Shown here: one piece after another, positions 22,126-34,000 of the stretch
Position numbering within the stretch: position 1 is the stretch's first letter
Layout: the number at the start of each line of letters is the position of its first letter
Source: Azolla caroliniana
Taxonomy: Eukaryota > Plantae > Polypodiophyta
Reading direction: 5' to 3'
DNA length: 64,000 nt
Assembly: GCA_043228905.1 (NCBI GenBank)
Contig: JBHGNT010000018.1
Span: forward strand, 3,286,001-3,350,000
Made by a program: the position numbers and the translations under genes
The notes under the pieces: generated by a model
The model's database searches: none
The model's input: only the letters and a program-made list of their open reading frames with translations
What the model was told of the DNA's origin: nothing

Positions 22126-25100
22126 ATGGCCAAATCCTCCCCGTATGTGCAAGAAGAGTGTAGCAACAACGGTGGAATTGCGGTTGATCACATCAATGGC
22201 AATCATGCATTCCACAGCGATAGCAGTGATAAGAAGAATTATAAGAGAAGCTCTGTTGTGGCTCGCTTGATCGATGCTTTCGAGAGAGCTGTGATTTGGT
22301 CTTTCTACCCTGATGCTTCTAAACCTCTCCACTTCCTTCAAGGCAACTTTGCACCTGTTCCTGAGCAGAAAGCTCCCACGCCTTACCTCCCTGTCACTGG
22401 AACCATACCGGTACATCTTTCTTTAGAACTGTTTAGCTTAAGCTCTATTTTCTTTTCTTTTTACTTTCGATGAATGGGTAAATACCCCATTTTTGTTGTA
22501 AACCAATTGTCTCATGGGCCAATTTTGGTCTTAGAAGACGTTAATATATCTTTCTCTCTCTCTATGTAATCCTTTGTTTTCTTTGTATTATTCATTTTAT
22601 TTTCAATTTATCCGAAGTCTGCCGTCATGGTCTATTCTTGTCTCAATATGCTCTCTTTTTGCAGCATTGTTTTTCAAGTTTCATCATGCTTTTCTGTTTT
22701 GTTTTGTTTTGCATGGCCTCAATCCTCTGTCCATGTTTCATCATGTTTTGGTGTATGTCCTAAGTATGTTCTGTGCTGTAAACTTTACTTCGTAACGCTC
22801 TGTATCCGTCCAACGCTGGTTTTGAATCATAAGTTTACCTCCTCATGCATGCATGTGTCTCCCTTGTTTACGCATATCGTATCATGTCTCTATTCTAACT
22901 TCTAGCATGTGTTATGTCCATAAATCCTAAAGATATTTGCTGTCTTTTGGCTGCATCTCCCTAAAGATATTTGCTTCAACAATGTTTACTTCATCACAGT
23001 CAATAATGTCCTATCTCTGTTTTGATTTAATTTTCTTTGGGTCTTATATCGCCTCATTGCAAAAGGTCCTACTTTGGAAATCTCCTTTCTTGTTAATTTG
23101 TTTTTTTCCTTTAAAGAGCTGCTTGAATGGTGAATTTGTCCGCATTGGACCCAACCCAAAGCACAAGCCTACCGCAGGATATCATTGGTATAACCTACTC
23201 TAGTCAGTCATAGTTTATGTTGAAAAAGGGCCATGGTTTTACAACTGATTGGAACCCTTTTTGCAGGTTTGATGGAGATGGGTATGCACCAATGCTTTCT
23301 TTTTCTCATTATTAGTACTTATATATGCCCTGAACGGGCAAATAGCTCATGCGTCGTGCTCATATGTTATTATGTATTGCAATTTATCATTTGAAAGAAT
23401 GATGCATGGCTTAAAGATGAAGGATGGAAAAGCTGTATATGTCTGTCGGTATGTTGAGACATCTCGATTGAAGCAAGAAGACTACCATGGAGCTGCCAAA
23501 TTCCTCAAGGTAAGGAATCAATACATGATTTCATTCACATTTCTTATGACAATATAACTGACTGGTATCTGACATCCACTTACACTGATTATTTATCTGG
23601 AGATCGGAGACATGAAAGGAATGTTCGGGGCCTTGGCAGGAATGATTTTCTCCCTACGGTGCAAATGGAAGGTGATAGATATTTCTCAAGGAATGAGCGT
23701 AGGTAACAGTCCATTTCATATACCCATGTATAAACTTGGTCTTTTGTTTCTGTGCATTTTTCCATGTTTGTATATTATATTAGCTCTACCTAACATTGTA
23801 ATAAAAGAACTTTCATGTGGGATCTTATTTCATCATGTTTCAGGCAATACTGCAATGGTATATCACGATGGGAGAGTTTTGGCTCTTAATGAAGCTGACA
23901 AGCCATGTAAAATCTTTTAGTTTTCCTTTTCCGCCCTACACAAAAGGGAGGAGTTAAATCTTTTACTCCTAGAGATAAAATTTAATTTGCCTTGTAGATG
24001 TTATAAAAGTTTTGGAGGATGGAGACCTTCAAACAATTGGGCTTATGGACTACGAAAAGCGGTTAACACATCCATTCACGGCCCACCCAAAAGTCGATCC
24101 AGTTACAGGTACTTTGTGGAAGAATACCATGAAGTCTTAATTGTCACGAGTGCTTGAACTAGGCATTTAATAAGATCACATTGGAGATATATTTGGGTAT
24201 TGCCATGAGAATGCAAGTTATGATTTTACCATGTATCACATTAAATTACAGGTTTTGATCTATGGGAGTTTAAAAGATGATATTTAGTCATTTAATGTAA
24301 ATTAATTGCATAGAAGAATTCCCCAACCCCCCATCATTTTTCAAGGTAAACTGTTGATTTTCCAATGCATATAGCTGTGGGGCATGTATTTTCACGGAGC
24401 TCACAGTTCCTGGTTCTCCAATCAGTTGACCTGCAATGATACCATGTTATGCTTTCTTCATCTTATCTCAGGGGAGTTGTTCACATTTGGCTACCAGTTT
24501 CAACCTCCGTATTGTACCTATAGAGTGGTATCAAAAGATGGGGTTATGCAAGATGAAGTCACTATCACAATGTCAGGACCGATAATGATGCACGACTTTG
24601 CCATTACAGAACAATACGCCATATTCATGGATATGCCTCTATATTTCAAACCAAAGGTGAAAATATACTTCTTTATTTGATCTAGTCATTCAACACATTT
24701 CTGCCATTCTCCTTTTCTATGTGTCTGTATATGTATTTTGGCTCAAAACTATGGGAAGTTTTGTCAATGATAATGATGCAGGCAATGATGAAAGGAAATT
24801 CGATATTCGAGTTTGATGGTTCAAAACCTGTAAGGATAGGAATTCTTCCACGGTATGCCAAAAATGAATCTGCAATCAAGTGGTTTGAATTGCCCACATG
24901 CTATGTATTTCATAATGGTAAATTATTCATCTCCTTTAGACTTGAGATTTCAATATTGCTTTTACTCACCTATCATGCATCGATGCATGTTTCTCATATA
25001 TTTCGTGTTGATATTTTTGGCTCTTTGCAATTCTTTTACTACGTGCCACCAAGATTGGGATATAGATCACCAAAGAAATATGCTAAATTCTCTAGTCTCG

Positions 25101-26654
25101 CGTACCATAAACTCAGGGTATAAAAGACAACTGATTAAAATTAGAAAGGTTTACTGGTTTTCCACAAGAAAATGGGAACTTTGATTGTTGGCTAGATGGT
25201 TTTAAAATATATGATGCTATTCTAGGAACATTTACTTTTACATGAAAAGAGTGGCATTTGATTTTTTGTTTAGGTCAAGATGATTTTAAAATCTCTGATG
25301 CTCATGAGAAATCAGTATCTATATAGAGAGAATAATCCATAAGATTTGACATTGTGGAATTCATTGTGGATCAAATTCAGTCAATGCGTGGGAAGAAGGT
25401 GACGATGATGTGGTTCTATACACGTGCCGCATTGCAGAGGTTGATTTAGAAGTTGCTGGGGGCCCCATCAAGGAGAGCTTTAAACCATCTATCAACCAAC
25501 TGTAAGTGTTTTAATGTTGCAAAGCACAAACTTTATCATTACACTGTCATGTTTATACATTTGAATTGTAGAACCTTATTAAGATAAGTTTGTGAATCTA
25601 TATCTGAAAATCTCTGATATGATGAATAAAGGAAATGTTTTTCACATAATGCTTTGTCTCTTAATGTATTGTTGACTGATGTATTTAATGTTTCTCTAGT
25701 TTGTTTTAGGTTGATTTTACTACTTATATATCAAACAGATCTAGGTTTCAATCAAAACCAATACTATTTATTCTGCCTGATTTGTAGATATGAGATGAGG
25801 TTTAATATGAAGACAGGCCAGGCATCACAAAAACAACTATCTTTGGCATCGGTCGACTTCCCTCGTGTGAACGAGAAGTACATAGGGAGGTAATTAGAAG
25901 TATATTTGTTTACAAGGAGAGATGTGAGGAGACATATGCGAGCAGTGCAAGTTTGAAGGCTCTTATTTGTATTATTGACTCCAGAAAGCAACAATTTGCA
26001 TATTGCACTATGTTTGAAGATAATGTGAAACTGAAGGGCCTTGCCAAATTCAACCTTTGGAAGGAGCCGCAACTGGAAGGAAAAGAGAAAATTGAAGTGG
26101 GTGGGAATGTGGAAGGTGTGATTTTGTTTGGACCCGGAAGATATGGATCCGAAGCTGTGTTCATACCACGATCTGAGGATGCCTCTAATGACGAAGATGA
26201 TGGTTACCTTATCTGTTTTGTGCACGATGAAACAACTGGGTATGGAACAGTGCTGCTTAAGAATGAATGGACTTATTTTTATGTTCTATTTTAGATATAT
26301 AGCAAATGCAATAGTGAGTATGACAAACTCTCCTACATTGTAACAAACTCCGTTTTCTATGTTGTGGGATTTTGTGTAGGTCCTCTTGTGCTCATATCTA
26401 TGATGCAAAAACTATGGTATCAGAACCGGTCGGTATTATTCAAATACCACATAGAGTTCCCTATGGATTCCATGCCTTCTTTGTCAGTGAGGTGAGCTAT
26501 CTGTAAATGTGCACATGGTTTCTACATAACTGAGGAATCTAGTGTACAGTGTACATATTTGCAGCCATTATTTCTGTAAGGTTGTGTGATACAATATAAT
26601 AACCAAAAACTCTTCTTTGTTTCTTTTCAGGAACAACTGCAATCACAAAAGTGA
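22126..26654 (+). CDS. CCD1: Carotenoid cleavage dioxygenase 1, 14 exons
   Basis: Exons 22126-22410, 23117-23187, 23267-23281, 23398-23509, 23603-23702, 23844-23906, 23998-24108, 24472-24656, 24782-24917, 25381-25501, 25788-25889, 25985-26239, 26380-26491 and 26631-26654, all with GT-AG introns and in frame. Motifs [21 protein letters not shown]. The four Fe-ligand His occur in FTAHPK, MMHDF, VFHN and YGFHA. Confidence 0.94.
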
Positions 26655-27895
26655 CATGGCAAAGTTGTGCATTCTATTAATGATAAGTGTATCATACGTG
26701 AAGACAATGTTAGGACGGGTCCTATACCTAATCTTTTAGGGGAGAAAAACCCCATACATATTTACCTGTATTTTTTCTTGCCTTGGGTAATGAATACTTG
26801 GATGAAATAAAATAGTGGTGCAAGAACATGCGGATTGACTTTTGAAGCTAAATAATTATGGTCCACCATACAAAAAAGAAGAGGTGGTGGTTAATCCAAT
26901 TCTTTCCGAAAGGAAAAAATGGGCGCACTTGATAAAAAAGGATTTTTAGTACATATATCTCTTTGATTTGTCATCAAGGAACATACATTTATGTCAATTG
27001 TTTCTTGAATGACTCTTGATGTAATTAAACCAAACAATACTATATTTTAATCATATGTTATTTCAATTTTCTTCATATGAACATAATGGATTTTACCAAA
27101 GCCTTGATGACTTTTACAGTACTTGTTAAGACATTATCACGAATGCAAGTATTTCTCACTATTGCTTACTAGTGTGTTAGTAATCAGGTCCATATGTGTA
27201 ATTTTATATATACATGCATTCAAAGTGTTTACAGCAACAAATTGATAGTCATGCTTCAAATTTAAACAATGTAATCATTATTGCAATAATAATCACTCAC
27301 TAATAATGGCTTGCTAAGGTATTGCCAGAAAAATTTCCACACAAACCAAAAGCCAAATTTTAAGTGTCCCAAGTAAAATATGATCAGTAATTTGTTGTTG
27401 ATTGGTTAATTTACTACAGCTACCAACAATGGTGTGTGTAAGCTATTTTATGCTGAGGATCTGCATGCATTATAAAGAACATGAATATTCATCAATTAAC
27501 TAGTTATAAAGTTTTGCAAAAGTGAGTGAATGTATTTTTAATTTGAACTAGGAGAACATTATATTTAATGTCAATAGCATTTACTACCATTCAAGATGCT
27601 TTCACTTTGGTTGAATATTCATGTATATAGCATTTACTACCATTGACAACATTTCATATTGTACTCTACTACTAAATACAAATTTTCATTTATATTTAAT
27701 ATGGGAACTATCTGATCATGTGGAATGGCAATATGACATTGCATTGTGATCACTTTTAAGTTTTAACAGCAGTGATCACATTTATGTTCAAGAGTCCCCA
27801 ATTTGGGATCACTCATGTGATGATGGATAGTTAAAAACTAAAATAAGAAATGGATCAACCCACATTTGCTTCTTCACTTGTAACGATGTGGTTTT

Positions 27896-28160
27896 TTTTC
27901 CAAAGAAGAATATACTCCATTAGTTAAAACGACATACAATACACAACTTTAGACATTACCTACTTCCATATGGGCTACATCACTTATTTATCTTACACTA
28001 AATAGCCCACATGTTTGTTCTCCATGATTGTTGTGTCATTCACGCCCCTCTATCATCTAATGGGAGGGGGGAACAACCATCTCGGTACTACGTACTGCCA
28101 TCGTATATCCACTCCAATTTCTGCAGCCATCGGTGTAGTACACCATCGTTTTCTGAAATT
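27896..28160 (-). mobile_element. Very short 5'-truncated L1 insertion with an 18-bp TSD
   Basis: TSD TTGTAACGATGTGGTTTT at 27878-27895 and 28161-28178. Encodes NFRKRWCTTP..RWQYVVPRWLFPPPIR* (ORF2 C-terminus), then a ~157-nt 3' UTR and an A-tail. Confidence 0.92.
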
Positions 28161-29028
28161 TTGTAACGATGTGGTTTTGTGACTCAAGGAGTTTGACAAG
28201 TGCAAATAGCATTGTATCCTTATAAAAATACATTTTAATTTTTACTTTTGCTACATTTTGTGTGCAAATAATTTGTTATATTGTCTTTATGTAGTAACTA
28301 TTGTAGTGCATTTTGTGATTATGGATGAGCGGTTTGTCAAATATCTGTCACTTATAGGTAGTATTATGGCTAGGGATTTGCACAAGGGTTTATTTTCATA
28401 ATGTCAATGCTAGTGAACAACGTCTAGAACAACATTTTAGGAAATGGTAGTATATTGAGTGGAAGTTGGGTTTTTTCTTTAGCTATTTTCTCCTTGGGCA
28501 TCCATATGAAGATGTTTGTATTGTATATTATGATGCTGTATTTTTGAAAACCCAAATCACTTTTTTATGTGTTTCTTTTTCTACTTCACAAAAAAATTAT
28601 GGATCTATTACCAACCAACCAAGGGCCTATTTGTGAACATGCCAAACCAAAAATTTTGCTCACCTTGTCATCATATTGCCGCCATGGAAGACATGAGTAT
28701 AAAAGATATATTATATTAAGTGCTAGCCTTGATGATTAGAAGTCAAACTTTCATGTCATGTCTTGAATTTAAAGTCATCATGGAGCTCCTTACCAATGTC
28801 TTCTTGATCGTGGTTGAACTCCTTCAAGGCGGGAGAGAGAGAGAGAGAGAGAGAGAGAACTCTACAATGTCACATATCATCATATTCGTCATTTGAATTG
28901 GCATGTAGGGTGGCATTGAGTTTGGGGTCGTAGTAGTATTTAGATCCCTAGAAGGGTTCTATACTTTGTAGTTAATCATGGTGATGTTTTTTTTCTTTCG
29001 TAATGAAAGCCATTATTTATGAAAGAAA

Positions 29029-29081
<53 letters not shown>

Positions 29082-30332
29082 TGTTATCCATACGAATTAT
29101 ATATAGAAAAGAGAGAGAGAGAGAGATAGATAGACACTTCTGTATTGCCCCCACTTGCCTTTTTTGGTCATCTTTGAAGAATTTTCTCATATCTCAACTA
29201 GTCTATTTTCTATATGCCAATTTAATGACATACATTAGGTTCTTCTACCAATTGTTTGCTGGTTCATCATGGTCACCAAAAGGGCTACCATTGCATTTTG
29301 CTTAACTACATCGTAGAGTTAATGACAATGTTAATAACCAATTACTCACATACACAATTAATATACGGATAGATGACGAGGTCCTCCTTTACAATATAAT
29401 GATTTTCGCATTATAATTAAGGTGTATTACTCATGCTTATATATATAGGTTTACAAAAGTTGACATATAAGAGACATGTCCTTTCAAATCAAATCATAAT
29501 TCCCACCCTTTCATATCCTATATTTATGATAATGATGCAATTGTTTCACACACCTATAATTCACCTATAATTTAAATTTTACGCATAGCAATTCCGTGTT
29601 ACAAATTACGTATAAGAATTTTCCATGACCAAATGGAAGGTTCATGATGAAGTCAATGGAAAACAAAGAGTGTGGTTTCGTTGGGACGTGCAAAGATTCT
29701 AGTATCACAAATTGAGAGCACAAAAACTGGCGTTGGTGTAGTAATGGAGGTTTTGGTACTTTGTTATCCGCCCAAACTCTCTATTAGGCAATGAGGAGAA
29801 TGAGATGTCATTCTTAGAATGAAGTGATAATGGTCAAGAATTCTTTGCCAATGACCCTGATAGTTCATTTTTGGTTGCAAAGAAATCTCTTGATGTTGAG
29901 ACAAACAATCATGTTGGGAGTGAAGATACATCCATCACTTTGTTTACTACCTAGGGTCATGCAAAGGCAACAAACGCTAATGGTTTTCGGAAATGCAAGG
30001 AGACTCTATTGTAGTAGGGGAGTTATACATACAACAGGGTTCGGTAAACCAACCAATGGTATGTTCCATGTTTGAGTTGGCCCCTAGTTTTACAAGTTCT
30101 TGTTACCTTCAACAACATCTCGATTCATGCATTGATCGACAATGGTGATGCTTCTTGTTGCGGTGATACTGCCTTCGAAGAAGCTAAGCACTGAATCTTG
30201 TGTACCCAGGAGTCTTGCCAAATCGAGTATATTTAGAGCGAAACCCCGTGTACCCAAGCACCACCCCCCCCCGACCTGCCCAATTGGAGCCAAGTAAGTA
30301 ATAATATATCTTATATTCCCTTGTATTGTGCA

Positions 30333-30841
30333 TAACAATTGACAATTGGCTCGGTTCGGTTTGAGAGGGTCAAAACCGAACCGTTTAATTTTTTTGAAAC
30401 CTGAACCGAACCACGAAACCAGTTTGGAATTGAACCGTTACAAAATTTTCAAACCGTTAAAACTGCACTTTTGTGGTTCGGTTTCAGTTTTCAACTTAGG
30501 TGAAAATTTTAAATTTTAAATTTTTTAAAATTTAAATATTTCATTATTTTAATTTTTTTAAAATTTAAAGATGGTCCTAAAATGAATATCTTTTAAATTT
30601 TAAATTTTTTTAAAATTTAAAGATGTTCCTAAAATGTGAGAATAAAATGATAGTTTAAAAACATATTTTTTATTTTTAAAAAAAATAAAAAAACGTTAAA
30701 ACCATTTAAACCGCAATATCTGATTGTTGAAACAGAACCGAACCATTTGAAAAACCTAAACCTGAACCGAACCGTTTAAACCGGTAAGCTGGTAAGACGC
30801 GGTTCCTCGGTTCGGTTCAAACCGAACCGTTTAAACAGTTA
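30333..30841. mobile_element. hAT-like MITE upstream of the DUF2358 gene
   Basis: Direct repeat ATTGTGCA(TAA) at 30325 and 30842. Many AACCG/CGGTT subterminal motifs at both ends around an AT-rich core. The termini are imperfect inverted repeats (TAAC..CGGTTCGGTTTGA). Confidence 0.78.
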
Positions 30842-31075
30842 ATTGTGCATAAGGTATGGAATATCCTCTCTATTATATCTCTCACAAATGCATATGGTAA
30901 AAGATGTTGGGGCTTTTTAACCATTATTATTATTATTATTATTATGTACATACCATGCATACATAAATAAATAATAGGTAATTAGAATTTAGAACTACTC
31001 TGTTGCCTCTCTCTAACATTCATCTTATCTCCCTTTCCTGGCTCCATAGCTTTCAATTCTGATTCCTGCCCAGCC

Positions 31076-34000
31076 ATGGCTATGGATAGTGTCCTGTATC
31101 CTAGCCTCCTTCCTGTTGATTGTAGGAAGCTTTCCTCTCTTGTAATTGATGGTGCCCTTGGACGGCCTCTAACCTCATCTGCACTCTGTAAACCTAACCC
31201 CACTTCTCCTAAGGTTTCTCTGTCCTTAGTCCCCACCAGTGGAGAAGATCTTTGGAACAGAGCGCCTTTTGATGAATCAGATAATGGGGTTATCAACGAT
31301 ATGGAGAATGATGAGATTCAATGGAATAGACTCTACTGCGATCTTTTTGTGTTAAAAGATGTGACAAGTGACAGAGATTTGTATGCCGTGAGTGCTTCTT
31401 CTTCTGTGGCAGTTCAATCTTTGCTTCCTTCTTCCAAACAGAGCCAAGGAGACCCAGAAAAAGAGAAGGATTTTCATGTCAATGTTGGCTATGCCATCCG
31501 AACATTGAGGGAAGAGCTACCAAACATGTTTTACAAAGAGCTTACCTATGAAATATACAGGTATGCAAAACATCTATACTTAGCACTTGGGGTTTTCACT
31601 GTATACATTACCATAAATTTGCTAGATGAACCACAATAAACGCACCTATGCCCTATTGGTGTATCCTTAACACTTGGGATTTACATTGTAGTTACTATGA
31701 TTTTTGCAAAATGGCCAACGTTACAACATACACATATATTCTTAGCCCTTTGAGTTTCCATTGTAATTTCTGTCATCTATTGCAAAATGGTCCATAATGA
31801 CCTTATTTGTAGCATATACTTATATTCTTTACACTTTGGATGTCTGTTATGATAGCTATAGCTTTTGCAAAGTCCCATTGGGCCCCAAATCTATTCCATC
31901 CCTAGAAACCCCAAATGACAAACATGGAGTAGCATGAGATGTTTTTGCTACCTTTCACATACCACTTAATCATTTATTGAGCTCTCTTGATATTAATTTC
32001 TACACTCACACCAGGTCTGTTTAATCTCTAAATGTGTCAATCAAAATGTAGAACTAAACATGCTTGTTGGTCCCAAGCCCTAGATCCAATCGTCATGCTC
32101 GAGTGACACAAACTTTCAGAGTAGCTAGAACCTGTTCACATTCTACACTTGTGGTTTTGCACACTAAAATTCCAAAAATATCAATTACCTTAATGTTATG
32201 GATAATCACATAACTGATTCTGCAAGAAATGTCAGTTCTATGACATGCAATACAGCTTATAAGGTGTTCTTATGCTGGCAATACTAGTTACTTTATTTGG
32301 ATAGCGTTCTTGTAAGCAGGAGTCATCAGGCTGCCCTAGCGCTCTCATCTCTTTATTCATTTTGTGAAGTCGACAAATCAACATTGTATTACACCCCAAA
32401 ATCTGGTGCCCCTGCCGTGAACAAGATATGCCACTGATGTTGGTCAGGCTGTCAAGTCTCTTAGCCTTTTTCCTTTCTTCTGTCCTATGTAGTGTACTTG
32501 AACACTGAGAAGGGCTTGATAGGTTCTTACTTCATTTAATGTTGAACTTTCTTGACTATGACAATACCTTTATATAGCACGAATTGAGATTCATGTGGTG
32601 GCACATGTTGATTAACAGTTTTTCCATATGCATGGGTAGCCAAATCTCGAAGGCAATCTTTTCCATGCTTGCATGGCAATGCACAATAAATGATGTGCTG
32701 AGTTTACGAATATGGAGGGTCTTCCTTAAGCATAGTGCCCATTGTTTGGGTTTTCACATATTTACACACTTTACAAAATATCTTAGGGTTATGTAGTCTG
32801 TTAACCATCTCACTTCATCCAAAATTACGGAACTATATACAACAGGGTATTGATGACACCAAATGCAAGAAATTCCACTTATGTACAAAGTTGTCATGGA
32901 GAATATTTGCTCTAGGTCAATGTGTACTTATATACAATGTTATTGAAATCTCAATTCTGAGGTGATCTGTTCCTATTTGATTTCATAGGTAAGAGTTTCA
33001 TCTTTCTCACTCTTACTCACTCTTATGCTTGATTCCAAGGTCAACTCTTTGAGACATCTTGTCTCAAAGGAAATGCAAGAATTTGAAGCAATCAACACAT
33101 TCATCAGAAAATGATAGTTAGCCCTCAAATAAGCACTATCGGTAGGTAATAAAATTGATGAAGATATGAGATTTGACTTTGTCCTTACCAGATTTGTGGG
33201 ACACTTTTATCACCACACATGGAAATGATGACACTTCAAATGTGAAGAACATGTTCCTAAAAATGAAAAGAGAAGAAATCTAAAGAATAAAAGGGTAAGA
33301 TGAAACACAACAATAGATCAATGGCAACGATTGCAATAACAACTTCTCAAAGCAAAGGTTTCAAAAGTCATACAAGCCAAACCAATCACCAAGGCAAAGA
33401 GCAATGAAGGTTTCCACAATCATATGTAGATATTGCAACAAACTGGGACACATGGAAAGAGAATGTCGTTGGAAACATACAAACAAAGAAACAAAAGTAA
33501 ATGGTTCAACACTTCTGGTACTTTGACATTTGAGTCACTAGTTGAGAATGGTTGCATGATTACAATCCACTTCATCATCCACTCGAGGTACTCTTTAGAG
33601 GTAATAGAACCAAGTTATCATATAACCGTCACTTAACAACAAATCCAAAATTAGCATCTCAAATGTTTATTTTGTGCCAGGATTAACAAGTTACTTATTA
33701 TTTGTAAGTGAAATTACATCAAATGGGACAATAATAGAATTCTATTACTATTGTACCGTAATCCGTTATAAGTTACCCACATGAGAAGTAATCAAAACAA
33801 CATGGCTGAAGATGGGAAAATTATACATAGTAAAGATGATGGACACTTTGCTGATTGAAACATACACAACTACAAGCCATCAATAAGAAGATCAAACGTT
33901 CATATGACATCATAGACTAGGTCATCAAATAAACCATTTTGATACTTATCTATATGTGAAGGTGCATCTACGAGAAACAAAGTAGATAAAAGTTTCCTCA

